Source: Chloroflexia bacterium (GTDB taxonomy: Bacteria; Chloroflexota; Chloroflexia; DTKN01). Taken from it: DNA of 64,000 nucleotides. Shown piece after piece: positions 42,125 through 51,558 of this stretch (position 1 is the stretch's first letter; every line of letters begins with the position of its first letter). The stretch covers positions 631 through 64,630 of the forward strand of contig JASFBA010000099.1 in NCBI GenBank assembly GCA_036172265.1. Direction: 5' to 3'. The notes under the pieces are model-generated. The model was not told where the DNA came from, ran no database searches, and worked only from the letters and a program-made list of their open reading frames with translations. The position numbers and the translations under genes are program-made.

Positions 42125-42157
42125 GCCTCCGTACTTTCAGACACAAGGAGGACAACG

Positions 42158-43198
42158 TTGGATATCGCAGCATTGCTCCGAGAACTCAGCGAGGCCAGCG
42201 GCGTTTCGGGCTACGAGACGGAGGTGCGCGAACGGGTCGCCGAGGCGATGCGCCCCTATGTGGATGAACTCCGCACCGACGCTATGGGCAACCTCATCGG
42301 CCTGAAACGCGGTGTCGGCATGGAACCCCGCCGCAAGGTCATGCTGGCCGGCCACATGGACGAAATCGGCCTCATCGTCACCCAGATCGAAAAGGGCTTT
42401 CTCCACTTCACCGACGTCGGAGGCTATGACGTTCGCATCCTTCCCGGCCAGGAAGTTATCGTCCACGGCCGGAAGCCCTACCCCGGCATCGTCGCTACCC
42501 GCCCCCCCCACGTCCTCACGCCGGAGGAACGCAGCCAGGTGCCCAAGATGGAGGAACTCCTTATCGACATCGGCCTGCCCCCGGAGGAGGTGGAGAAAGA
42601 GGTCCACCCAGGCGACCTCATCACCCTCCGCGTCCCCTGCACCCCCTTGCGCAACGAGCGGATGGCCGGTAAGGCCTTCGACGACCGGGCGGCGGTCGTG
42701 GCCATCGTGGTCTGCCTGGAGGAACTGAGCCGGCTGCGCCATACCTGGGATGTCTACGCCGTAGCCACGGTGCAGGAAGAGATCGGCGTCCGCGGGGCTA
42801 TCACCAGCACCTTCGGCATCGCTCCCGACGTAGGCATCGCCATTGATGTCACCCATGGCGATATGCCCGGCGTGTCCGATGCCGACACGGTGGAACTGGG
42901 CAAAGGGCCGGCCATCACCACCGGCCCCAACATCCACCCCAAACTCTTCGAGGCCCTGGTGGAGACGGCTCGCCGAAACGAAATTCCCTACCAGATCGAG
43001 GCCGCTCCCGGCCCCACCGGCACCGACGCCTGGGCCATCCAGGTTAGCCGTAGCGGAGTGCCTACCGGCCTCCTGGGTATCCCCCTGCGCTATATGCATA
43101 ACCCGGTCGAGACGTTGGACCTGAACGACGTCCGCCGCGCCGGCAGGCTCTTGGCCCTGACCATCGCCCGGCTGGACGAAGTGGACTTCTCTCGTTAG
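42158..43198 (+). CDS. M42 family metallopeptidase (glutamyl aminopeptidase / FrvX-like)
   Basis: TTG start at 42158, 7 nt after AAGGAGG. LLRELSEASGVSGYE, HMDEIGL and DDRAAV motifs. Confidence 0.8.
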   Translation: MDIAALLRELSEASGVSGYETEVRERVAEAMRPYVDELRTDAMGNLIGLKRGVGMEPRRKVMLAGHMDEIGLIVTQIEKGFLHFTDVGGYDVRILPGQEVIVHGRKPYPGIVATRPPHVLTPEERSQVPKMEELLIDIGLPPEEVEKEVHPGDLITLRVPCTPLRNERMAGKAFDDRAAVVAIVVCLEELSRLRHTWDVYAVATVQEEIGVRGAITSTFGIAPDVGIAIDVTHGDMPGVSDADTVELGKGPAITTGPNIHPKLFEALVETARRNEIPYQIEAAPGPTGTDAWAIQVSRSGVPTGLLGIPLRYMHNPVETLDLNDVRRAGRLLALTIARLDEVDFSR

Positions 43199-43215
43199 CC
43201 AAACGGAGGAAAACC

Positions 43216-44256
43216 TTGCTGCTCCAGAAACTTTCCGATGCCCGGGGTGTCTCGGGAAACGAGGACGCCGTCCGTGAAATCCTGCTCGAAGAAATTCGCC
43301 CCCACGTAGATGAATACCATGTGGACAGCCTGGGCAACCTGATCGCCACCGTCCACGCCCGGAAAGAGCCGGCCCATCGGGTGATGCTGGCTGCCCACAT
43401 GGATGAAATCGGCCTGATGGTCGTCCAGGTGGGAAAAGATGGGATGCTTCGCTTCCGTTCGGTCGGAGGCATTGACCCCCGCGTCCTGCCCGGCAAGCGC
43501 GTCCTGGTGGGAAAAGAGGCCATCCCCGGCATCATCGGGCTGAAGGCCGTCCACCTGCTCACCCCGGAGGAAGAGCATCAGGTCGTCCGCATCGAGCAGA
43601 TGTACATTGACATCGGTGCCAAGAACAAAGAGGACGCCGAATCGGCGGTCAAAGTGGGCGATTACGTTTCCTTCGACGCCCATTCCGAGGTGTTGGGCCG
43701 CCTCTTCAAGGGCAAGGCCCTGGACGACCGGGCCGGATGCGCCGTCCTGGCCGAACTGGTCAAGGAACGGTATGAGGTGGAAGTTGTGGCCGCCTTCACG
43801 GTGCAGGAGGAGGTGGGGTTGCGGGGAGCACGGGTGGCGGCCTACACCGTGGAACCGGAGATCGGCATTGCCCTGGAGGGCACCATCTGCGACGACTTGC
43901 CGCGTAAAGGGGACCATACCCCGGTCACCCGGCTGGGCAAGGGGCCGGCCATCACGGTGATGGACCGCTCGGTCATCGCCGACCGGCGCCTTCTGGACTT
44001 GATCGTGTGCACGGCCGAGGAGGAGGGCATCCCCTACCAGTTCAAGGCACCGGGCCTGGGCGGAACCGACGCCGGGGCCATCCATCTGGCGCGGGAAGGC
44101 ATTCCCTCGATCGCCGTAGCCGTCCCGGCCCGCTTCATCCACACACCGGTGGGTTTCCTTCACCTGGACGATTTCGAGCATACCGTGGTCCTAATAAAGG
44201 CATTCTTGCACCGCCTGGGCGAATCTTTCCCCTGGCAGGAACGGACAAGCCCGTGA
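43216..44256 (+). CDS. M42 family metallopeptidase, tandem paralogue
   Basis: TTG start after GGAGGA. LSDARGVSGNE, HMDEIGLMV and DDRAGCAVL motifs. About 40% identical to the upstream gene. Confidence 0.85.
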   Translation: MLLQKLSDARGVSGNEDAVREILLEEIRPHVDEYHVDSLGNLIATVHARKEPAHRVMLAAHMDEIGLMVVQVGKDGMLRFRSVGGIDPRVLPGKRVLVGKEAIPGIIGLKAVHLLTPEEEHQVVRIEQMYIDIGAKNKEDAESAVKVGDYVSFDAHSEVLGRLFKGKALDDRAGCAVLAELVKERYEVEVVAAFTVQEEVGLRGARVAAYTVEPEIGIALEGTICDDLPRKGDHTPVTRLGKGPAITVMDRSVIADRRLLDLIVCTAEEEGIPYQFKAPGLGGTDAGAIHLAREGIPSIAVAVPARFIHTPVGFLHLDDFEHTVVLIKAFLHRLGESFPWQERTSP

Positions 44257-44432
44257 TCTCCCCCTAGTACCCCATCACCGCGACGCGGTCGCCTTGTGCT
44301 TAGAGTCCATGAGGACCGTTCCAATAAACGACCGGACACCGGCAAAATCGCCTTTCGACAAAAGACGGGATTTTGGGGAAATCTTCCCTTAAGAGCACAA
44401 GAGGGCCGGCCTCGAACCGGCAGGAGGGTACG

Positions 44433-45296
44433 ATGACGCCCCAAGTCCCTCTGGAAGAAGCGGTTCAGACCTATCTGGAGGCAGCGGCCCGGGTGCGCAC
44501 GGAGAATGTGGCCGCCAACCACGCCTCCATCGCCCGGCGCTTTCTGGACTATTTTGCCGCCCGCCGGACGGCCGACATAGGCACATTGCAGCGGGAGGAC
44601 CTCCTGGCCTTCCTGGACTATTTTTCCCATCGCCGCGAGGTTACCGTGCCAGCCAGCGCTTACAATATGGGCCTGGAGTTCCTCAAACGGTTGGGGTTTT
44701 TCTGCCTGAAACGAGGGTGGGTGAAAGAGAACCCCGCCGAGAACATCCCCTTCCAGGAAATCGAGGTGGAGATGCCGCTCGTGCTGTCGTGGGAAGAGCG
44801 GGAGCGCCTGCTGGAAGAAGCCCGGTCCAACGACTTTGAGCGCATCCTGGTGGGCCTGCTAGGAGAAGTGGGGCTGAAAAAGCAGGAACTTCTGGCCCTG
44901 CTCCTGGCTGACCTGGAACTGGAGGGACCAGAGCCGGCCGTGGTCGTGCGCCACGCCGGCAAGTTGGAGAAAAAGTCGCGCCGCGTCCCGTTGCCGGTGG
45001 AACTGGCCGAGACGCTGATTCGCCATGTGGCCCGCCTCCGGGCGCTGGGCTCTTACAACCCCTTTTCTCCTCTGGTGCCGATCACCGGCCGGCAGGTGAA
45101 TAACATCTTGCTTCGGCTCTCCCGGCAGGCCGGCATCCGGCCGGTCAACCCCCAAATCCTGCGCGATACGGCGGCGGCCCACCTCCTTTTCTCCGGCCGG
45201 CCGGCCGAAGAGGTGGGCCGGCTGCTCGGATATACCCCCCGGGGATATCAACTGGAGTTCCTGCCCCGCTTTCAGGCTTGGATCAGTCCCCGGTAG
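44433..45296 (+). CDS. tyrosine recombinase XerC/XerD-like (phage integrase family)
   Basis: ATG at 44433, 6 nt after AGGAGG; the track ORF starts at a TTG at 44373. SAM-like N-domain and a C-terminal catalytic-like region ending GYTPRGY. Some canonical residues appear substituted (LRDTAAAHLL). Confidence 0.7.
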   Translation: MTPQVPLEEAVQTYLEAAARVRTENVAANHASIARRFLDYFAARRTADIGTLQREDLLAFLDYFSHRREVTVPASAYNMGLEFLKRLGFFCLKRGWVKENPAENIPFQEIEVEMPLVLSWEERERLLEEARSNDFERILVGLLGEVGLKKQELLALLLADLELEGPEPAVVVRHAGKLEKKSRRVPLPVELAETLIRHVARLRALGSYNPFSPLVPITGRQVNNILLRLSRQAGIRPVNPQILRDTAAAHLLFSGRPAEEVGRLLGYTPRGYQLEFLPRFQAWISPR

Positions 45297-45313
45297 AAAC
45301 CGTCCCCTATGGA

Positions 45314-45859
45314 TCACTGGGTCGCCGGGGACTCTTCACCCGCCGGCTGCGCCGGTCCGGTCAGAGGAAGCCCTCCCCAGGAGCGAATTTCCCCGGCCAG
45401 GCCGGCCATGCTCCCTGCCAGTTGGACGTTGTAAAGGTAGGGCCGGCGCTTCTGGGGCGGAATGGCCGAATGAAGCGCTTCTACCAGCCGGTCGGCCAGG
45501 GCGCGGACCTCCCTTTCTTCCAGCCGGCCGGGGGGCAGAGCCAGAAGCACGGCCTCATGGGCGGCATCGTGGTAAAGGAACGGCACCGCCACCTGCTCCT
45601 CGGCCCCGCAGTAGGGACAGCGGACAACGTTGAGCCGGCCCATAAGAATGAGCGCCCGCAGGTCGGGCCGTTCTTCCGCATCCACGATGCGCCAGAGGGA
45701 GACGATGAAGGAGTGGCCTCGGGAACAAGAGATTTCGGTCGGCTCGCTTTGGGAAATCGCCATCTCCAGAGTGGCAGGCGGTTCTCTACCTGGTCGAGGC
45801 TTTCGGACGATTCCGGAGGTCCGCGACTTCCGGGCCCAATTGATCCGCCCAGCGGTCAA
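45314..45859 (-). CDS. hypothetical protein with CpXC-like zinc-ribbon motif (CPYCG)
   Basis: 181-aa ORF. The start is uncertain (TTG at 45859 or ATG at 45763, both with a poor SD). Confidence 0.35.
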   Translation of the reverse strand: MTAGRINWARKSRTSGIVRKPRPGREPPATLEMAISQSEPTEISCSRGHSFIVSLWRIVDAEERPDLRALILMGRLNVVRCPYCGAEEQVAVPFLYHDAAHEAVLLALPPGRLEEREVRALADRLVEALHSAIPPQKRRPYLYNVQLAGSMAGLAGEIRSWGGLPLTGPAQPAGEESPATQ

Positions 45860-46004
45860 TATAGCCGAAATCGAAAGCGGACGTCCACTCCGGCTCCTCG
45901 TCCAAGCGCACTACAACCAAGATGTCACGGATGTCTTGCTCGTGTTTGAAGGAACGTCCTTCCTTCCAGGCCATCAATTTGCCGACGACAAGGAGTCTCG
46001 TCAA
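45786..46004 (-). CDS. small hypothetical protein (possible nucleotidyltransferase-fold fragment)
   Basis: 72 aa. MTRLLVVGKLMAWKEG...DIRDIL resembles the GS-x-DID core of minimal nucleotidyltransferases. It overlaps the upstream small ORF by 4 bp. Confidence 0.3.
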   Translation of the reverse strand: MTRLLVVGKLMAWKEGRSFKHEQDIRDILVVVRLDEEPEWTSAFDFGYIDRWADQLGPEVADLRNRPKASTR

Positions 46005-46192
46005 CCACGCCGTAACCTTTCGAACATCAGGAGGGCAAGTTCATAATCCGAGAGCTCGGGATAGACACGACGCAACCGGGCGCGCACATTATTCAGCCAG
46101 GGCGCCTGCAATTCCAGCAAGGTCTGAACCCGGCGCGCCGGCGGCAGGCGCATCAGCAGTCGGATCTGCTGTTCATCGGCAGGGCCCAACAA
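46001..46192 (-). CDS. small hypothetical protein
   Basis: 63 aa, translationally coupled (ATGA overlap) to the 45786..46004 ORF. Confidence 0.3.
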   Translation of the reverse strand: MLGPADEQQIRLLMRLPPARRVQTLLELQAPWLNNVRARLRRVYPELSDYELALLMFERLRRG

Positions 46193-46228
46193 CCTTCCGG
46201 ATTTTTTCCACGGTGAACGGCCCTCTAC

Positions 46229-47935
46229 CTATTCAAAAAGCGACACAAAGTCGAACCGCTGCACGTCCACCAGCCCCCGGTCGGAGAGTTTCAGTTCGGG
46301 AATGACGACCAGGGCCAGGAACGAGAGGCTCATCAGGGGGGACTCCAGGGCACACCCCAGTTCTTGCGCCGCCCGGTTGAGCGCCTCCAGCCGGGCGCGC
46401 ACCTCTTCCAAGGGTCGGTCCGACATAAGCCCGGCAATCGGCAGCGGAAGTTCGGCCAGCGCCCTCTCCCCGGCCACCGCGACCTGTCCTCCACCCATCC
46501 GCACCACCGCTTCCACTGCCGCGGCCATCTCCGTATCGCTACAGCCGACCACGACGATGTTATGGCTATCATGGGCCACTGAGGAAGCCAGCGCCCCTCG
46601 CCTCAATCCAAAGCCCCGTACAAAACCCAACCCTACCCGGCCGCTGCCGCGATGCCGTTCCACCACGGCGAGTTTGAGGAGATCGCGTTCGGGGTCGGCC
46701 ACAGCCAGGCCGTCCTCCACCCGCGGCTCCTCCCACAGGGCGCGGGTGACTACCTGACCGGGGATCATCCCGATGACGCGCAGGCGCGGGCCGCCGGCCG
46801 GGACGGCAAAGCGTTCGGCCCGCAGGTCGGGGACATGGAAAGTCGAAGGAGGGACAGGACGTTCCTCCGGAAGTGCCGCTCCCAGGAGGGCTCCGCTCTG
46901 GGCCACCGGCCGGCCGTCCTTGAAGACCATGCTGACCTCAAAAGTTTCCAGGTCCTCCACCACGACCATATCGGCCCGGTAGCCCGGAGCGATGGCTCCC
47001 AGGTCCCAGAGGCGAAAGTGGCGGGCCGTGTTCAGGGTGGCCATCTGTACCAGGGTAACCGGAGGCAAGAGTTCATGCGGCTGAGCCTGCCGGAGGATGG
47101 CATCCATATGCCCCCGCTCCAACAGGTCGGCCGGATGGCGGTCGTCGCTCACAAAGAAGCAATGGCTGGCGTTGCCCGGCATCACCAGAGGAAGGAGGTC
47201 GTTCAGGTTGTGGGCGGTGCTGCCCTCGCGGATCATGATGGCCATGCCCAAGCGGAGTTTTTCCAGGGCTTCGTTCAGGGTGGTGCACTCGTGGTCCGAG
47301 CCGATGCCGGCGGCGATGTAGGCACAGAGGTCGTGGCCCAAAAGGCCGGGGGCGTGCCCGTCCACCGGCCGGCCCCGGGCCGCCTCCAGTTTGGCCAGCA
47401 CCTCCGGCACCCCGTGGACGACGCCGGGAAAGTTCATCATCTCCGCCAGGCCCAGGATACGCTCCTCTCGCAGGAGGACCTCCAGATCGGCGGCAGAGAG
47501 TTCCGCTCCGGCTGTCTCCAGCGGGCTAGCCGGGACACAGGAAGGCGCCATGAGGTAGACGTTCAACGGCAACTCGGCCGTGGCCTCCAGGAGGTAACGG
47601 ATGCCCTCCATCCCCAGGACGTTGGCGATCTCGTGCGGGTCGGCGATCACGGTCGTCGTCCCGTGCGGCAGCACCGCCCGGGCAAACTCGGCCGGGTGAA
47701 CCATAGCGCTTTCCAGGTGAACGTGCCCGTCGATCAGGCCGGGGCAGAGGAAGCGGCCGTGGAGGTCAATTTCCTCGCGGGCCGTGTAATGGCCCAGCCC
47801 CACGACGCGGCCGGCATAGACGGCCACATCGGCCGGATGCACCTCCCCGGAGAAGACGTTGACCAGCCGAGCATTGCGCAGCACCAGATCGGCCGGTGCT
47901 TCCCCGCGGGCCACACGGATGCGTTCCGCAAGCAT
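46229..47935 (-). CDS. ade: adenine deaminase
   Basis: Amidohydrolase motifs (GLIDGHVHLES, HECT). Start at the ATG at 47935, 6 nt after GAGGAGG; the track ORF extends to 47980. Confidence 0.85.
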   Translation of the reverse strand: MLAERIRVARGEAPADLVLRNARLVNVFSGEVHPADVAVYAGRVVGLGHYTAREEIDLHGRFLCPGLIDGHVHLESAMVHPAEFARAVLPHGTTTVIADPHEIANVLGMEGIRYLLEATAELPLNVYLMAPSCVPASPLETAGAELSAADLEVLLREERILGLAEMMNFPGVVHGVPEVLAKLEAARGRPVDGHAPGLLGHDLCAYIAAGIGSDHECTTLNEALEKLRLGMAIMIREGSTAHNLNDLLPLVMPGNASHCFFVSDDRHPADLLERGHMDAILRQAQPHELLPPVTLVQMATLNTARHFRLWDLGAIAPGYRADMVVVEDLETFEVSMVFKDGRPVAQSGALLGAALPEERPVPPSTFHVPDLRAERFAVPAGGPRLRVIGMIPGQVVTRALWEEPRVEDGLAVADPERDLLKLAVVERHRGSGRVGLGFVRGFGLRRGALASSVAHDSHNIVVVGCSDTEMAAAVEAVVRMGGGQVAVAGERALAELPLPIAGLMSDRPLEEVRARLEALNRAAQELGCALESPLMSLSFLALVVIPELKLSDRGLVDVQRFDFVSLFE

Positions 47936-47976
47936 AGCAGGCCTCCTCAAGTTGCGAACAAGGCCTCGTCTCGATT

Positions 47977-50900
47977 TCAAAGGCCGATGGTGTTCTCGAT
48001 ACGCCGCCGACCAAGGCGGGAAAAGTTTCCCCCTCTAGCGTATGGTCCGCCGGACGGTGGCCTCGGCCGGAACAGAGGCGCCTTCCCCCGGGAAGACAAC
48101 CCCAGCGCCGGCCTTTCAGGAGAAACCGGCCGAGGAGGTGAAGCCAGGCCAGGCAACCCCCTCCCACCTCCGGGGAGGCTTCCCTGGGGCGGCTGACCGA
48201 TGACATAGACCTTCTGACTGGTAGCCCGCCGGCCGGCCGTGTTCACCGCCTGGGCGCTCAGGACAAACTCCCCCTGGCGTACCGACCAGGTGACGGTGTA
48301 GATGCGCTCGGAGAGAGGATAGACGGTACTGGTGATGGCCGAGCCGATAAAGACGCCGGGCTCGTCCGGACGGCTGGGGTCGCCGTAGAAAAAGTCCACC
48401 CGAGCGGCCGGGGAAACCCCTTCCACCTTGGCCACCAGCGTAACGGTGGATTGCCGCAGGACGCTTCCCGGCTGGGGAGAGATGAGACGGACGAAGATAG
48501 GCCCCCGGTCCAGGTAGACCGGCACGTAGGTATGGCCTGGCTCATCCCCGTCGAAGCGCGGCCGGCCCTCCTTGGTGACCACCGTCAAGCGGAGGATATA
48601 AGGGCCGTCCGGCAGGTCGCCGGGGTCCCAGACGGCCAGGACACCGTTGTGGACGGGGGTGCGTCCGACGTCCGAGGTCACGTTATGCCACTCGGTGGGC
48701 ATTTCTCCCTGCGGCCCTTTCTGTCCCCACTCCACCTTGTAGTGGTCGAACTGGTCCTGGGGGAAGGCGGAGACGATGTCGGCGGAGCCGCGAATCTCGA
48801 TGGGGCCGGTGATGCCGGCGTAGCGGCGGGGGTAGGTGATGGTGCGCACCAGGCCGGCCCAGCGGTTCTGGCCGGGCGGGGGCTGGCCGGGTTCGCCCGG
48901 CTGGTAGGTGCCCAGGTCTGGGGGACAGGGTTCGGTGGGGATGCGGGGGATGCCGGCCGCTTGCAACCACTCTTCCAGGCCAGCGATCTCCTCCGGCTTG
49001 GCCACGCTGTAGAGATCCAGGAAGACCTGTTGCTGCACAAGTTCAGGGGGATAGGCCACGCCCTCCACCGGCAGGCAGTACTGAGGGGGGTCGGTGCCGG
49101 GGATCTGCACCACGGTGAGCACTTTGTGGACGGGGCAGAGGTCGTCCTCGGCAGGCTGGGTGCCTTCGACAAAGATCTCCTTGACCACCGGGCAGACACC
49201 GGGGATGGGCCGGTGGCCGGAGATAGCGCAGACTTCCTGTTCGACGATGCCATCCGGCCGGCGAAAGTCCTCCCGCAGCCGGCCGTCAGCGTCGCGCAGG
49301 ATGTCGGTCAGGTCGCCATTGCCGAAGAGGGCCAGGCGCTGCTCCTCGTCAGGGAAGTACTTGGAGAGCATCTTCTCCGGGTTGAAAATCGTTTCCATAA
49401 AGTAATGCCAGATATGGCCGGAACCTCGGGAGCCCGGGATACCCCGCTGGGCCTTTTCCCGGGGCTGGCAGTTGGGAGTCATCGGTTCGTTGTTGTTATT
49501 GCCCATCCAGACGCCCACGGCCAGGTACGGGGTATAGCCGATACACCAGTTATCCCCCCAGTCCTCGGAAGTGCCCGTCTTCACGGCCACCGGTCGGTCG
49601 AAGTAGAGGACGCTATGGGCGCCAAAGGACATCTCGCGGGCCGAGTCGTCGGAGAGGATGTGGTTGATCAGGTAGACAAAGCGGGGGTCGGCCACGTGGG
49701 GGTATTCCTCCAGCGGCTTGGGCTTGTACTCATAGAGCACGTTGCCCTGGCTGTCGGTGATCTTCAGGATGGCCACCGGCGGGACGTGGCGACCTTCGTT
49801 GGCGAAGGTGGAGTAGGCATTGACCATATCCAGCAGGCGCACCTCGCCGCCGCCCAGGGTCAGGGAAAGGCCGTAAAAGTTCATCCCGCGTTTTAGCCCG
49901 GTGATGCCGAAGCGGTGGGCGGTGCGGATGGTTCGATCCACCCCGGCGTGCTGGAGCACTTTGACCGCGGGCATGTTGAGCGAACTGCCTAGGGCGTTCC
50001 GCAGCCTCACCGGGCCGTGGTATTTGTTGTCATAGTTCTTGGGGACGTAGGGATCATGGCCGGGCACGGGGAATTCGGTCTTGACGTCCAGCACCATGGT
50101 GGCCGGTGTGTACATATCGCGGGTCATAGAGAAGGCGGTGATGTAGGTAAAGGGCTTGAAGGAAGAACCGGGCTGGCGTTCGGCCAGGGCAGCGTTGACG
50201 TTGCCGTCCACGACGTTGCCCTCGCGCCCACAGAGGCTGGGCTGCACCAGGTTATAATCCACGCTGCCCACCATAGCCAGGATTTCCCCGGTATCGGGGC
50301 GCATGGCCACCAGCGCCGCATTGTGGGCATTGAAGGCGACGATGTCCTCGCGCTGCATCTGTTCGCGGACGACGGCCTCGCCCAGGCGTTGGTAGCGCAT
50401 ATCCAGGGTGGTGGTGATGCGCAGGCCGCCTTCGAAGAGTTTCTCCGGGCCGATGTTGGGGTCTTCCTCCAGGAGTTGACGGATGTACATCACAAAGTGC
50501 GGAGCCTTGAGCGAGACCAGCGGGGAGGCAAAGTGCAGTTCCTCCTGGTAAGCCGCGTCGGCCTGGCGGCGGGTGATGTAGCCGTTCTCGACCATAAGAT
50601 TGAGGACATCCCGCTGGCGGGCCTTGGCCCGTTCCAGTTTGACCGGGTCCAGTTCGCCGTAGGTAAAGGGGGCGTACACATCGGGCAACTGGGGCAGGCC
50701 GGCCAGGAAGGCGCTTTCGGCCAGGTCCAGTTCCCAGGTATGCTTGCCAAAGTAACTCTGGGCAGCCGCCTCGATGCCATAGGAGAGGTTGCCGTAGTAG
50801 ACCTCGTTGAAATACATGAGGAGGATTTCGTTTTTCGTTTTTCTCCGGGTCAGTTCCAGGGCCAGGATGGCCTCTTTGATCTTGCGTTCCAGGCTTTGAG

Positions 50901-51537
50901 AAACTTGTTCCTCCGGGGTGAAGAGGGCCTTACGGATGAACTGCTGGGTCAGGGTGCTGCCGCCGCCTACGATTCGACCGGTGGTGAAAAAGCCCAGGGC
51001 GGCGCGGGCGATGCCAACCGGGTCCACGCCGGGGTTCTGGAAAAAGGTCTTGTCCTCGATGGAGAGGGTGGCCCAGATGAGGTGTTGAGGCACCTGGTCG
51101 AGGCTTTCCAGGCGAGTGCGGCGACCCTCGGAGAAGAACTCGTAGAGGAGTTCGCCGTGGCGGTCATAGACCTTGGTCGTCTCGAAAAGGCGGCGGTTTT
51201 CGAGGCGGTCGAGTTGTCCCTGAAGGGGCTGGGCATAGTAGAAGTAGGTGCCGGCCGCTGCGCCCAGGCTCGAACCGATGCCCAGGATCCCGAGGATGAG
51301 GAAAACTATAAGGAGTTTGACCAGAAGCGGCATACGACGGCGCACCGGAGGCAGGCTGGAAAGGATCAGCCGCCGTAGAAGGAAAGGCGGCACCCGCCGC
51401 ATCGTCCCGTTGCGACGGAGGCCGTTTGTCCGGTTTTTCCATCCTTGATACACGACCGTTTCCTCCGTGGGAAAATCCTTCCGGTCGGTCTTCCCCGGAA
51501 AGGACCGGCCGGCTTCGGTTGAGGAAAAGTATATCAC
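47977..51537 (-). CDS. class A penicillin-binding protein (PBP1A family: transglycosylase plus transpeptidase) with long C-terminal Ig/FN3-like and Pro/Gly/Arg-rich extension
   Basis: GT51 motifs (EDKTFFQNPGVDP, GGSTLTQQFIRK), a transpeptidase SxxK/SxN region and a C-terminal extension of about 400 aa. GTG start follows GGAGG. Confidence 0.85.
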   Translation of the reverse strand: MIYFSSTEAGRSFPGKTDRKDFPTEETVVYQGWKNRTNGLRRNGTMRRVPPFLLRRLILSSLPPVRRRMPLLVKLLIVFLILGILGIGSSLGAAAGTYFYYAQPLQGQLDRLENRRLFETTKVYDRHGELLYEFFSEGRRTRLESLDQVPQHLIWATLSIEDKTFFQNPGVDPVGIARAALGFFTTGRIVGGGSTLTQQFIRKALFTPEEQVSQSLERKIKEAILALELTRRKTKNEILLMYFNEVYYGNLSYGIEAAAQSYFGKHTWELDLAESAFLAGLPQLPDVYAPFTYGELDPVKLERAKARQRDVLNLMVENGYITRRQADAAYQEELHFASPLVSLKAPHFVMYIRQLLEEDPNIGPEKLFEGGLRITTTLDMRYQRLGEAVVREQMQREDIVAFNAHNAALVAMRPDTGEILAMVGSVDYNLVQPSLCGREGNVVDGNVNAALAERQPGSSFKPFTYITAFSMTRDMYTPATMVLDVKTEFPVPGHDPYVPKNYDNKYHGPVRLRNALGSSLNMPAVKVLQHAGVDRTIRTAHRFGITGLKRGMNFYGLSLTLGGGEVRLLDMVNAYSTFANEGRHVPPVAILKITDSQGNVLYEYKPKPLEEYPHVADPRFVYLINHILSDDSAREMSFGAHSVLYFDRPVAVKTGTSEDWGDNWCIGYTPYLAVGVWMGNNNNEPMTPNCQPREKAQRGIPGSRGSGHIWHYFMETIFNPEKMLSKYFPDEEQRLALFGNGDLTDILRDADGRLREDFRRPDGIVEQEVCAISGHRPIPGVCPVVKEIFVEGTQPAEDDLCPVHKVLTVVQIPGTDPPQYCLPVEGVAYPPELVQQQVFLDLYSVAKPEEIAGLEEWLQAAGIPRIPTEPCPPDLGTYQPGEPGQPPPGQNRWAGLVRTITYPRRYAGITGPIEIRGSADIVSAFPQDQFDHYKVEWGQKGPQGEMPTEWHNVTSDVGRTPVHNGVLAVWDPGDLPDGPYILRLTVVTKEGRPRFDGDEPGHTYVPVYLDRGPIFVRLISPQPGSVLRQSTVTLVAKVEGVSPAARVDFFYGDPSRPDEPGVFIGSAITSTVYPLSERIYTVTWSVRQGEFVLSAQAVNTAGRRATSQKVYVIGQPPQGSLPGGGRGLPGLASPPRPVSPERPALGLSSRGKAPLFRPRPPSGGPYARGGNFSRLGRRRIENTIGL

Positions 51538-51558
51538 ATTCCTCCTTCCCGGTCAAAG

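Noticed and set aside
44257-44432. tRNA gene serving as the integration site for the Xer-like recombinase
   Set aside because: The only hairpin (ccgg-cctcgaa-ccgg) lacks T-loop consensus, and no acceptor or anticodon arms are present.
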